From assembly GCA_937925265.1 (NCBI GenBank), contig CALEXE010000105.1, positions 12,557 to 76,556 of the forward strand: 64,000 bases of DNA, given 5' to 3'. How positions within the stretch are numbered: the first letter of the stretch is position 1; the number at the start of each line of letters is the position of its first letter. The notes beneath the pieces are model-generated. The model made no database searches and was not told the origin of the DNA. It saw only the letters and a list, made by a program, of their open reading frames with translations. The translations under genes were made by a program, and so were the position numbers. Below, in pieces: positions 9,776 through 19,210 of the stretch. The stretch is from an uncultured Collinsella sp. (lineage in GTDB: Bacteria > Actinomycetota > Coriobacteriia > Coriobacteriales > Coriobacteriaceae).

Positions 9776-10756
9776 ATGAGCGATTTCCTAAACCGTATGA
9801 AGTCTGCCGCCAAGGCCGACCTTAAGACCATCGTCCTGCCCGAGGGCGAGGATCCGCGCACCATCGTCGCGGCCAACAAGATCATCGAGGAAGGCCTGGC
9901 CAACATCGTCATCCTGGGCGATCCCAACGAGATCAACGTTCCCGGCGCCACCGTCATCGACCCGCGCAATGCCGAGAAGCACGAGGAGTACGCACAGAAG
10001 TTTGCCGAGCTCCGCGCCAAGAAGGGCGTTACCATCGAGCAGGCTCGCGCCCAGGTGATGGACGCCACCTACTTTGGCACCATGATGGTCAAGATGGGCG
10101 ACGCCGACGGCCTGGTCTCCGGCGCCTGCCACTCCACCGCCGACACCCTGCGCCCCGCGCTTCAGATCCTCAAGACCGCCCCGGGCACCAAGCTGGTCTC
10201 GGCCTTCTTCGTGATGTGCACCGACACCCCGCAGTTCGGCACCGACGGCACGCTGATCTTCGCCGACTGCGGCCTCAACATCAACCCGTCCTCCGACGAG
10301 CTCTCCGAGATCGCCATCGCCTCCGCTCACTCCTGGTCCACCTTCATGGGCAACGTTGAGCCGCACGTGGCCATGCTCTCCTACTCCACCATGGGCTCCG
10401 CCGGCGGCGAGGTTGCCAAGAAGGTCCAGGAGGCCGTGAAGTTCTGCAAGGAAAAGGCTCCCGAGCTCGCCATCGATGGCGACCTGCAGCTCGACGCTGC
10501 CATCGTCCCCACCGTCGCTCAGCTCAAGGCTCCCGGCTCCTCTGTCGCCGGCAAGGCCAACGTGCTCGTGTTCCCCGACCTCGAGGCCGGCAACATCGGC
10601 TACAAGCTGGTCCAGCGCTTCGCCGGTGCCGACGCCTACGGCCCCATCCTGCAGGGCATCGCCAAGCCGGTCAACGACCTGTCGCGCGGCTGCTCTGCCG
10701 ACGACATCGTGGGTGTCGTAGCCATCACCGCCGTCCAGGCTCAGATGGCTGAGTAG
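9776..10756 (+). CDS. pta: phosphate acetyltransferase
   Basis: IVLPEGED, FADCG, DGDLQLDAA, FPDLEAGNIGYK and PVNDLSRG. Confidence 0.97.
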   Translation: MSDFLNRMKSAAKADLKTIVLPEGEDPRTIVAANKIIEEGLANIVILGDPNEINVPGATVIDPRNAEKHEEYAQKFAELRAKKGVTIEQARAQVMDATYFGTMMVKMGDADGLVSGACHSTADTLRPALQILKTAPGTKLVSAFFVMCTDTPQFGTDGTLIFADCGLNINPSSDELSEIAIASAHSWSTFMGNVEPHVAMLSYSTMGSAGGEVAKKVQEAVKFCKEKAPELAIDGDLQLDAAIVPTVAQLKAPGSSVAGKANVLVFPDLEAGNIGYKLVQRFAGADAYGPILQGIAKPVNDLSRGCSADDIVGVVAITAVQAQMAE

Positions 10757-10771
10757 CGGACGCACTCGCCC

Positions 10772-10902
10772 GAAGGCCGTACGGGCTAACCCCTGAAAAC
10801 GTCCTCGACCAATGAAACGCCCCCGTTCTGCTCCTTCGGAGCTACGAACGGGGGCGTTTCTGGTCTGCGGAATGTTTTCAGGGGTTAGCCCGTACGGCCT
10901 TC
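10772..10902. repeat. long imperfect hairpin / REP-like element downstream of pta
   Basis: GAAGGCCGTACGGGCTAACCCCTGAAAAC / GTTTTCAGGGGTTAGCCCGTACGGCCTTC outer IR with nested inner stems. Confidence 0.8.
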
Positions 10903-11064
10903 TACTGCTACGAAGCATTCAGAGCATCTGGAGTGGACGGCGGCTTGGCTACGAGCTGGGGCTGAGGATCTGAATGGATGGGTGCAATTGTTGGGAGCGA
11001 AGGCGTTGCGGATATGGCCACTTTGGATCTGCGAGACGTGCTGCAGATCGGCGGCTGTTCAAGC

Positions 11065-11234
11065 GGAAAGCGTATCCCAGTTTGAAGGCGAATTTTGGGA
11101 TGCAGTTTCCCCTTGGGGCCTGTTTGGGAAACTGCGGGACGGAATTTTGCTTTATTGTGGGTCGCACTTTCCGCAACGTGCCTCAACCGGAAAGCGTGTC
11201 CCAGAATTTGCGCTCGAAATGGGATAGGGTTTCC
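11065..11234. repeat. three 46-bp degenerate palindromic units at 62-bp period
   Basis: GGAAA...TTTCC-bounded units at 11065-11110, 11127-11172 and 11189-11234. Confidence 0.75.
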
Positions 11235-11251
11235 GCCGTCCGCCTGCTAGC

Positions 11252-11287
11252 AAAAAGGCCTCCTGAGTCGTTGCTCTGGAGGCCTTT
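11252..11287 (-). terminator. intrinsic terminator after ackA
   Basis: AAAGGCCTCC...GGAGGCCTTTTT hairpin plus U-tract on the minus strand. Confidence 0.75.
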
Positions 11288-11309
11288 CGCTTACTTGCAA
11301 ATGCGCGCG

Positions 11310-12488
11310 TTAGTTGTTCTTGGTCAGACGCTCGACGTCGTGGGCGATCATGTATTCCTCGTCGGTGGGGATGACCATGACCGTGACGGAAGAGCCGGCG
11401 GCGCTGATGACCTGCGGACCGTTGCCCACGGCCTCGCGGTTCTTGTTGTTGTCGATGCGCACGCCCAGCCACTCGAAGCAGTCGCAGAAAGCCTTGCGGA
11501 TCGACCAGTCATTCTCGCCGATGCCGGCGGTAAAGGTAATGGTGTCCACGCCCGCCATTGAAGCGATCATGGAGCCGGCCTGCTGCATGGCCTTGTAGGC
11601 GAACATATCGAAGGCGAGCAGGCAGCGCTCGTCGCCCTCGGAGGCGCGCGTACGGATGTCACGGGCGTCGTTGGAGATGCCCGAGATGGCAAGCAGACCA
11701 GACTGCTTGTTCATCATGTCATCGACTTCCTGATAGCTGTAGCCGCCCTCGCGCTGCAGGTAGCACACGGTAGCCGGGTCAATGGAACCACAACGGGTGC
11801 CCATCATCAGGCCGTCGAGCGGCGTGAGGCCCATCGTGGTATCGCGGCATACACCGTCCTCGATGGCGGCAAGCGAGGCGCCGTTGCCCAAATGGCACGA
11901 GAGCAGGCGGTGGCAGCGCGAGCCCAGGATCTCCTTGGCCATCATCCACTCATAGCGGTGGCTTGTGCCGTGGGCGCCGTACTTGCGCACGTGATACTTG
12001 TCGCACACGTCCTTGGGCAGGGCGTAGGTGTACGCAACCTCGGGCATAGTCATGTGAAACGAAGTATCGAAGACAGCCACGTTGGGCAGCTCCGGATACT
12101 TCTCGCGACAATACTCGATTGCCGCTGCCTCGCCGTAGTTGTGCAGCGGGGCAAGCGGTGCCACCTCGAGAATCTTAGCCATGACCTCGTCGTCGACGAC
12201 CGCGGAATCATCAAAGTGCCAGCCACCCTGAACGATACGGTGGCCGATGCCATCGATCGTAAAGTCGGTCTTCTCGAGCTCCTCGAGCACGCGCGCAATG
12301 GCGCAGCGATGATCGGGAAAAGGAATCTCCTCGGTCTGCTTGGCACCACCGTTCTCGGAGTGGCCAAAGATGCCCATGTCCGAGCCGATACGCTCGCAGT
12401 TGCCCTTGGCGAAAACCTCGCGGGTATCGGTATCCAAAAGCTGATATTTAAGGCTCGAGCTGCCGGCGTTGACAACAAGTACGTTCAT
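11310..12488 (-). CDS. ackA: acetate kinase, paralog 1
   Basis: VVNAGSSSLKY, GHRIVQGG, APLHN, YGAHGTSH, MGLTPLDG and IPTDEE. Confidence 0.95.
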   Translation of the reverse strand: MNVLVVNAGSSSLKYQLLDTDTREVFAKGNCERIGSDMGIFGHSENGGAKQTEEIPFPDHRCAIARVLEELEKTDFTIDGIGHRIVQGGWHFDDSAVVDDEVMAKILEVAPLAPLHNYGEAAAIEYCREKYPELPNVAVFDTSFHMTMPEVAYTYALPKDVCDKYHVRKYGAHGTSHRYEWMMAKEILGSRCHRLLSCHLGNGASLAAIEDGVCRDTTMGLTPLDGLMMGTRCGSIDPATVCYLQREGGYSYQEVDDMMNKQSGLLAISGISNDARDIRTRASEGDERCLLAFDMFAYKAMQQAGSMIASMAGVDTITFTAGIGENDWSIRKAFCDCFEWLGVRIDNNKNREAVGNGPQVISAAGSSVTVMVIPTDEEYMIAHDVERLTKNN

Positions 12489-12651
12489 GAGACTCCTTTG
12501 CAGTGCGATACGGTCGGCGCAGACCCCTTAAGGCGGCCGCATGTTAATAAGAAGTTATCACAACTTGATAAATAGCTATCAGGCATATCGCTCAACGAGA
12601 CGAAAGAGGGGCTGAACGGCGCTCGGTCGTCCAGCCCCTCCCCTCTTGCAA

Positions 12652-13830
12652 TTACTTGCCGTTGACGATGCGCTCGACGTCGGAAGCGATCATGAACTCC
12701 TCGTCCGTGGGGATGACGAAAATCTTGACCTTGGAATCCTTGGCAGACAGGCACCAAGCGCCGTCACCACGCAGGGCGTTGCGGGCATGATCCATCTTGA
12801 CGCCCATAAAGGCCAGGCGGTCGGCAACGCCGGCGCGGACGGCCGGAGCGTGCTCGCCGATGCCGGCGGTAAAGACCAGGGTGTCCATACCGCACATAGA
12901 AGTGGCCATCTCGGCAGCCTTGGCGGCAATCTTGTAGACGAACATATCGAAGGCGAGCTGAGCCTCGGGGTCGCCAGCGGCAGCGAGCTCCTCGACATTG
13001 CGGCAGTCGTTGGTCTTGCCACCGGTCACAGCCAAAAGGCCGGACTTCTTGTTCATCATCTCGTCAACCTCGTCGAAGGTGTAGCCGCCCTCGCGCTGCA
13101 GGTAGCACACGGTAGCCGGGTCGATGGAGCCACAGCGGGTGCCCATCATGACGCCGTCAAGCGGGGTGAGACCCATGGTGGTGTCCATGCACTTGCCGTC
13201 CTCGATGGCGCACAGGGAGGCACCGGAACCGATGTGGCACACGACGACCTTGCGGGCCCCGCCGTTGGTCATCTCGGCGACCTTCTTGGAGATGTAGCGG
13301 TAGCTGGTGCCGTGGGCGCCGTACTTACGAATGTGCAGCTTGTCGCAAACATCCTTGGGCAGAGCGTAAGTCTTGGCGACCTCGGGCATGTTGAAGTGGA
13401 AAGCGGTGTCATAGACCGTGACGTTGGGCAGGTCGGGATACTGCTCCAGGCAGTACTCGATAACGTTGGCCTCGGGGTTATTGTGCAGCGGGGCGAGCGG
13501 AGCAACCTCGCGGATCTTGGCGAGGACGTCCTCGTCGACGAGGGAGGAATCACCGAAGTACCAACCGCCCTGAACGATACGGTGGCCGATACCCTCGATC
13601 TTGACGCCGTTGGCCTCGAGGTCCTTCAGGACGACCTCGATGGCGACCTTGTGGTCGGGGAACTCGATGTTCTCGGTCACCTTCTTGGAGCCGTTGGCAG
13701 CGTGGGTGAAGGTACCGCCGGTAAAACAGACGCGCTCGCAGGAGCCCTTTGCGGACACCTTGTGGGACTTGGTATCGATGACCTGATACTTAAGGGTCGA
13801 AGATCCTGCGTTGACGACCAGAACGTTCAT
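12652..13830 (-). CDS. ackA: acetate kinase, paralog 2
   Basis: Same motif set (VVNAGSSTLKY, GHRIVQGG, MGLTPLDG, IPTDEE) and the same 392-aa length. Confidence 0.95.
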   Translation of the reverse strand: MNVLVVNAGSSTLKYQVIDTKSHKVSAKGSCERVCFTGGTFTHAANGSKKVTENIEFPDHKVAIEVVLKDLEANGVKIEGIGHRIVQGGWYFGDSSLVDEDVLAKIREVAPLAPLHNNPEANVIEYCLEQYPDLPNVTVYDTAFHFNMPEVAKTYALPKDVCDKLHIRKYGAHGTSYRYISKKVAEMTNGGARKVVVCHIGSGASLCAIEDGKCMDTTMGLTPLDGVMMGTRCGSIDPATVCYLQREGGYTFDEVDEMMNKKSGLLAVTGGKTNDCRNVEELAAAGDPEAQLAFDMFVYKIAAKAAEMATSMCGMDTLVFTAGIGEHAPAVRAGVADRLAFMGVKMDHARNALRGDGAWCLSAKDSKVKIFVIPTDEEFMIASDVERIVNGK

Positions 13831-13950
13831 GTGTCTCCCTACTAACAGGCGGTGTGGCGCCGCCAGGTTACATACGCTTCAATAATAAACCCAAACGCCC
13901 TCGCGCTCGGGTTTATTGCGTTGATATATAAGTTATCGGTGCCCAAATAC

Positions 13951-15111
13951 TCATGACCTTTGGCTTGTAAGACGAAATAGCGCGGGGATATACACAAGGG
14001 AAGAAATCCCGAGCGCGACAAGCAATACGACTCGAATGCCCGCAACGCTACTCAACACAGCGTTGAGCAGATAGAAAAGAACGGCACCCACCGCCACCAT
14101 CTGGCTTTGAACCGAAATCAGTGAACAGCGCATCGAAGAATCGGCTGCCTTTTGAAAAATTGAGTATTTAATTGGAGCAAATAACGAGTACGCAACCGTC
14201 TGCAGCACATAGAACACGGGCAGCAAATTAGCCGGAGTAAGGGGGATCAAAAACAAAGCTGTCAATACTAAGCGAACGATGCCGCAAATACGCGCAAAGC
14301 GGCCCTTGTCGACATGAGCAATCGCACAGGGCACAATAAGTCCCATGGAGGCCGAGGCAAGGAGCTGGACCGCAATGGTCACACCCGAAGCGACGGCATT
14401 CATTCCGCGACACGCAAGCAGCAGTGAGAAATAGTCTTCCAGGGCGACAAAAGCAAATGCCTGAGAACAGTCCATGATGAACGCTGAACGAAGAATGCCA
14501 TTACCCGCAATAGCGGTACCGATCATCTTCGGGCTAATCCCATGTTCAGGTGTCGTCGCAGTGCCTCCTCTTCGCATTTCAGGAATGCAGACAACGACAA
14601 CCAACGTCAACACCATTGCGATGATATCTGCCGAAAGACCAATGAGATATGCACCGACGGACGAAATGAAACCGCCCACGCAAGCGGAGATGGCATAAGA
14701 GGCATAGAAAACAAATCGCTCAACGACATTAAGTCTTACGAGCTGGTCCTGAGAGACGCTGTCAATGTAAATCGCTTCGATGGATCCGCTCACACACGCA
14801 ACGGCAAAACCCTTGAGAGCGAACGCACCGATTAAAAGCAGGGGAGAACGGACGAGAAGCAGGGCGGCGTAGTATCCAAGCATTCCCACGACGCCAACGA
14901 GACCGCTTGTCTTTCGTCCAAACCTATCAGCAATATAGCCAGTGGGAACTTCAAGGATGAACTTGCTCACTTGATATGCAATCATCATGCTAGAAATCGC
15001 CACCATCGAGAATCCGACGAATTCAAGGTAAACCGTCAGAAAATACAAAATGGTGCTAAAGTTCGACAGAAAAACGAACGTCATATAAAGCAAAACCGTA
15101 CGGTTTTTCAT
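13951..15111 (-). CDS. MFS transporter
   Basis: About 12 hydrophobic segments and MFS motif A (EVPTGYIADRFGRK). GGAGG RBS. AT-richer than the flanks. Confidence 0.88.
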   Translation of the reverse strand: MKNRTVLLYMTFVFLSNFSTILYFLTVYLEFVGFSMVAISSMMIAYQVSKFILEVPTGYIADRFGRKTSGLVGVVGMLGYYAALLLVRSPLLLIGAFALKGFAVACVSGSIEAIYIDSVSQDQLVRLNVVERFVFYASYAISACVGGFISSVGAYLIGLSADIIAMVLTLVVVVCIPEMRRGGTATTPEHGISPKMIGTAIAGNGILRSAFIMDCSQAFAFVALEDYFSLLLACRGMNAVASGVTIAVQLLASASMGLIVPCAIAHVDKGRFARICGIVRLVLTALFLIPLTPANLLPVFYVLQTVAYSLFAPIKYSIFQKAADSSMRCSLISVQSQMVAVGAVLFYLLNAVLSSVAGIRVVLLVALGISSLVYIPALFRLTSQRS

Positions 15112-15230
15112 GCTCCGCCCTCCAAGAGTCAGCAATCTAAATCGGAATCTTGGAAAAGCATGAGGGCAAAGCTGTCAGCTATGTGTTACAAGGCGTCAAT
15201 AATCACTTGATGCCTCGAAGCCAATTAATC

Positions 15231-16121
15231 TCACGAAGCAAGATGACGCAATAGGTGCAGAAAAACCGTCTGGTGTCGATCAGTCCAGGCATTTTGTCGA
15301 TAGCAGAAGTAGATGGGCAAGGCTACGTCATGCGAGGCTTCAATGGAGCACTCGCTCACTTCCGATCCATCTGATGCGAGAGAAGAGCCAGAAAAACCCA
15401 ATATCAATCCCCCGGCTTGAAGAAACTCAGCCTGCGCTCTGTTTCCGTATTCGACGTCGCGGAAGCGGAAATTAACCAGCTGAGCTTCGGGGCATTGATT
15501 GATTGCATTGAGACAGGGCGACAAATTAATGGGAACAGCTAACCTGCCGCCCAGTAACTCACGAACGGTCATAGCGCCCACAGATTGATGACCCGCTGGG
15601 CACGAAAGAACCTTGAGCTCCTTTTCACCCAAGTATTTCGAAGAAAGGACACTGTTCCTTGGTTCCTCAAATGAGATGGCCGCATCCGAAATGCCAAGCA
15701 CAAGTGATTCAAAGCATGTAGCCGTTGGCTGATGCCACACATCAAGGTGAATCTGAGGGTGCGAGCTTTCAAACGAGTCGTACCAGTTTTCGGAAAAGAG
15801 ACGCCCCCGCCCTTGAAGGCAGGGGGCGTAAAGACGGAAGTGGCCGTCGGGCGAGACGCCGTCGCCCCTCGATTGAGCGTACTTTTTGAGATCGTCGACT
15901 TGTGCCAGGATCACGCGTGCACGACGCGCAAATTCTCTGCCCGCCGGAGACAAAACAGCCTCCCCCGCCGATCGGTCGAGCAAAACAATCTGATACTCAG
16001 ATTCCAACTTTTTGATTGCCGACGAAACGGCCTGCGGACTCACATGAACGGCGCGAGCTGCTTTGCGCACGCCGCCATAGTTCGCTACCGCTTGAAGGTA
16101 TTCGAGTTGAGAAAGCTGCAT
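15231..16121 (-). CDS. LysR family transcriptional regulator
   Basis: N-terminal HTH (QLEYLQAVANYGGVRKAARAVHVSPQAVSSAIKKLE...LLDRS); 296 aa. Confidence 0.88.
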   Translation of the reverse strand: MQLSQLEYLQAVANYGGVRKAARAVHVSPQAVSSAIKKLESEYQIVLLDRSAGEAVLSPAGREFARRARVILAQVDDLKKYAQSRGDGVSPDGHFRLYAPCLQGRGRLFSENWYDSFESSHPQIHLDVWHQPTATCFESLVLGISDAAISFEEPRNSVLSSKYLGEKELKVLSCPAGHQSVGAMTVRELLGGRLAVPINLSPCLNAINQCPEAQLVNFRFRDVEYGNRAQAEFLQAGGLILGFSGSSLASDGSEVSECSIEASHDVALPIYFCYRQNAWTDRHQTVFLHLLRHLAS

Positions 16122-16162
16122 AGATTACTCCAAAGGCAGCCAAGTCGACGGGCTACGTGTCC

Positions 16163-16498
16163 TCAGATGAGGTTCTCGCCCAGGTTCTTGCCGCCGAGGA
16201 CATGCATGTGGAAGTGCATGACGGTCTGGCCGGCGTTGACACCCTTGTTGGAAATGACGCGGAAACCGTCCTCCAGACCCTTGGCCTTGGCGACCTCCTG
16301 GACGGCGTGGGCCATGGCGCCCATGGTCTCGGCGGGCACGCTGTCGGCGATGTCGCTGTAGTGCTTCTTAGGGATCACGAGCGTGTGGACCGGCGCCTGC
16401 GGGTTGAGGTCGTCGAAGGCGATGACCTGGTCGTCCTCATAGACAACGGTCGAGGGGATCTCGTGGTTGGCAATTTTACAGAAGATGCAATCGCACAT
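16163..16498 (-). CDS. HIT family nucleotide-binding protein
   Basis: DCIFCKI and AGQTVMHFHMHVLGG. Confidence 0.95.
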   Translation of the reverse strand: MCDCIFCKIANHEIPSTVVYEDDQVIAFDDLNPQAPVHTLVIPKKHYSDIADSVPAETMGAMAHAVQEVAKAKGLEDGFRVISNKGVNAGQTVMHFHMHVLGGKNLGENLI

Positions 16499-16547
16499 AG
16501 CTGGTTCCTTTCTTACAGACCAAGGTAATTATATTTGGTCGAGATGC

Positions 16548-16814
16548 TTAGAACGAAAGGTTATCATCGGTGTTGGCGGCCTCGCCGTCGGCGAGCACAT
16601 CGTTGCCGTCGACGTCCTTAAGGAGCACCGAGACCTTCTGCTCGGCATCGGACAGGCGGGTGCGCAGGCTTTTGAGGAGCTCGACGCCGCGGGTGTAGCT
16701 CTCGAGCGACTCCTCAAGCTCCATATCGCCCGACTCCAGGCTGCGGATGATGAGCTCCAGCTCCTGCGAGGCCTGCTTGTACGTAAGCTGCTCGACCGGG
16801 GTCTTCTCTGCCAT
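16548..16814 (-). CDS. xseB: exodeoxyribonuclease VII small subunit
   Basis: ELELIIRSLESGDMELEESLESYTRGVEL; adjacent to xseA. Confidence 0.93.
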   Translation of the reverse strand: MAEKTPVEQLTYKQASQELELIIRSLESGDMELEESLESYTRGVELLKSLRTRLSDAEQKVSVLLKDVDGNDVLADGEAANTDDNLSF

Positions 16815-16856
16815 ATCTGTTTCCTTTCCTAAAGGTCTATCACTGTGAAACGCGGT

Positions 16857-18308
16857 CTACTCGACCGCGTTGACGGTTGCCGACACGTTGCCGTCCGCCA
16901 TGCGTACGCGGATGGCGTCGCCCGGCTTAAAGGTCTGGGCACTCGTAGCCACACCATCATCGCTGTACGCGATGGAATAGCCGCGGGCAAGTACCTTAAG
17001 CGGCGACAGGGCATCGAGCGAGGCTGCCGCACGGCCCAGGTCGGACGCCGGCCTGCTGAGCATCGTACGTCCCTGATGCTCCAGACGGGAGCTTGCGAGC
17101 ATGAGCACATGGCGCTTGCCATCGAGCCCCGAGGTGCTTGCGACCAAGCGCTCGGGCAGACGTTCGAAGTTGGAGCGGAAGGCCCCAACCGAGCGCGTTA
17201 TGGCGCCGGACAGACGATCGGCCGTCAAGGCAAGCTCCGATTCGCGGCGCTCGACCATAAACGTTGGGTCGTTGAGGCACGGGCGGTACGCGGCTGCATC
17301 GAGCGCATCGCCCAGACGGGCCGTATAGGTATCCCAGGCGCGGCGACCACGCTGATCGAGCATCTCCAAATCAACCTGATTCGACCCAATCATCGAAGCC
17401 ATCGCGGCGCCCAGACGCTGATGACGCGCCTCGAGTACATCGGCCAACTCCGTCATAGCCGGCGCCACCGATTCTGCCGCTGCCGTTGGCGTGGAGGCGC
17501 GACGGTCGCTCACCATGTCGCAGATCGAGGTATCGGGCTCATGGCCAATGCCCGTCACCACGGGCACGGGACAGGCCGCCACCGCACGGGCAAGCCCTTC
17601 GTCGTTAAAGGTCATAAGGTCTTCGAAGGAGCCACCGCCGCGCACCAGCAAGATGCAATCGGGCGCCGGCATAATGGCGGCGGCGCGGCGCAAGCCTTCA
17701 ATAAGCTCCGCCGGCGCACCCTCACCCTGGACCTTTGCGCCCACGCAGACGAGCTCGACGAGCGGGTTGCGACGGCGCAGTGTACGCTTGACGTCGTCGA
17801 TTACGGCGCCCGAAAGCGAGGTGACGACCGCCACACGCGAGCAAAACACCGGAATGCGACGTTTGCGTGCCTCGTCCATCAGGCCCTCGCGACGCAGCTT
17901 TTCGGCCAGTTGCGCCACTTGTTGACGCAGCAGGCCCTCCCCCGCCAGCGAAAACGAGCGAGCGACGAAGCTCATGCGGCCTGTGGGCTTGTAGAGATTA
18001 AAGCTGCCCTTAAAGCTCACCTGCATGCCGTCGCGCAGATCGAAGGTGCGCTTAAGGTAGGCGCCCTTCCAGATGATACAGTCGACGGCCGCCGAGTCGT
18101 CCTTGATTTGGAAGTAGCAGTGGCCGCTTCGGGCATTGGGACCGCGGAAACCAGTGACCTCACCCAAAACGCTCAGCTGTGGAATGGCATCGAGCGCGCC
18201 GGCGGCGATCTCCACCGCTTGGCTCACGCTGAGCTCTTTGCGCTCCTGCTCGTCCGATCCGTCGAACTCGGCGGAAACGGCATTGCCGGTTAGATTCCAG
18301 CCTGCCAC
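16857..18308 (-). CDS. xseA: exodeoxyribonuclease VII large subunit
   Basis: SGHCYFQIKD, RGGGSFEDL, GIGHEPD, TPTAAAE and LSPLKVLARGYS. GTG start chosen on the RBS. Confidence 0.95.
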   Translation of the reverse strand: MAGWNLTGNAVSAEFDGSDEQERKELSVSQAVEIAAGALDAIPQLSVLGEVTGFRGPNARSGHCYFQIKDDSAAVDCIIWKGAYLKRTFDLRDGMQVSFKGSFNLYKPTGRMSFVARSFSLAGEGLLRQQVAQLAEKLRREGLMDEARKRRIPVFCSRVAVVTSLSGAVIDDVKRTLRRRNPLVELVCVGAKVQGEGAPAELIEGLRRAAAIMPAPDCILLVRGGGSFEDLMTFNDEGLARAVAACPVPVVTGIGHEPDTSICDMVSDRRASTPTAAAESVAPAMTELADVLEARHQRLGAAMASMIGSNQVDLEMLDQRGRRAWDTYTARLGDALDAAAYRPCLNDPTFMVERRESELALTADRLSGAITRSVGAFRSNFERLPERLVASTSGLDGKRHVLMLASSRLEHQGRTMLSRPASDLGRAAASLDALSPLKVLARGYSIAYSDDGVATSAQTFKPGDAIRVRMADGNVSATVNAVE

Positions 18309-18423
18309 GCAGCCCCCTTTCGTCATCGTGCACATGGGCTCCGGCCCTGCGCTAATTCAAGTCCAACACATAGTACAGCGCCGCGGGGACACAAATCCCC
18401 ACGGCGCCCGTCGGTCCCATTTG

Positions 18424-19128
18424 TTATCGGTTGGAGTTTCTGTTGTAGCGAGCCATAAGGTAGAGCAGCTGAATAATCGAGGTGAGCGCCGCGGCCACGT
18501 AGGTGAGCGCGGCAGCCGTCAACACCTTCTTGGCACCGTTGACCTGCTTGGAACTCATGCCCGACTGCTCAATATACGCCACGGCACGTCGGCTGGCATC
18601 AATCTCGACCGGCAGCGTAACCAGCTGGAATAGCACACTAAACGAGAAGAAGATCAGCGCGAGGGTCGTGAGCCCTGCTATGTTCATAAACAGGCCCATG
18701 AGCAGCACGATCGTCCAGGTGTTCTGGGTAAAGTTGACGACGGGGACCAAAGCGGTGCGTACCTTCATCATGGCGTAACCGCTTTGACGCTGCGCGGCAT
18801 GACCTGCCTCGTGGCAAGCGACAGCAACGCTTGCGACCGAGCCGCCCGAACGGTTGGAATCCGACAGATACAGGTTGTTATCCTGCGGGTTGTAATGGTC
18901 GGTGAGCTCACCGGCGACACCCTTGATACCCACGGCGTTGCAACCGTTGGCGTCGAGCATGCGGCGAGCGACCGTGGCACCCGCGTCGCCGTCCGAGCGA
19001 ACCTTGGACCAGGTCTTGTACGTCGAGTTGATATAGCTCTGCGCAGCAAGGCCAAGCACTGTACAAACAAGAACAACCAGCAGGTACAGCGGGTCGATGC
19101 CAAAGCCGTAACCATAATAATAGGGCAT
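18424..19128 (-). CDS. membrane zinc metallopeptidase (YugP-like)
   Basis: LTDHYNP, VACHEAGHA, TLPVEIDASRRA and AAALTYVAAA. Confidence 0.9.
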   Translation of the reverse strand: MPYYYGYGFGIDPLYLLVVLVCTVLGLAAQSYINSTYKTWSKVRSDGDAGATVARRMLDANGCNAVGIKGVAGELTDHYNPQDNNLYLSDSNRSGGSVASVAVACHEAGHAAQRQSGYAMMKVRTALVPVVNFTQNTWTIVLLMGLFMNIAGLTTLALIFFSFSVLFQLVTLPVEIDASRRAVAYIEQSGMSSKQVNGAKKVLTAAALTYVAAALTSIIQLLYLMARYNRNSNR

Positions 19129-19210
19129 GCGAATTCCTTCGAATCGAGTTACACGGTGAAGGCATTCTACCCACTCAGCCGACTAGGCTTCCCTATAACA
19201 ACTGGCTTCC

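Noticed and set aside
11065..11234. CRISPR array
   Set aside because: Only three degenerate units with 16-bp gaps, variation inside the repeats, and no cas genes in the window.
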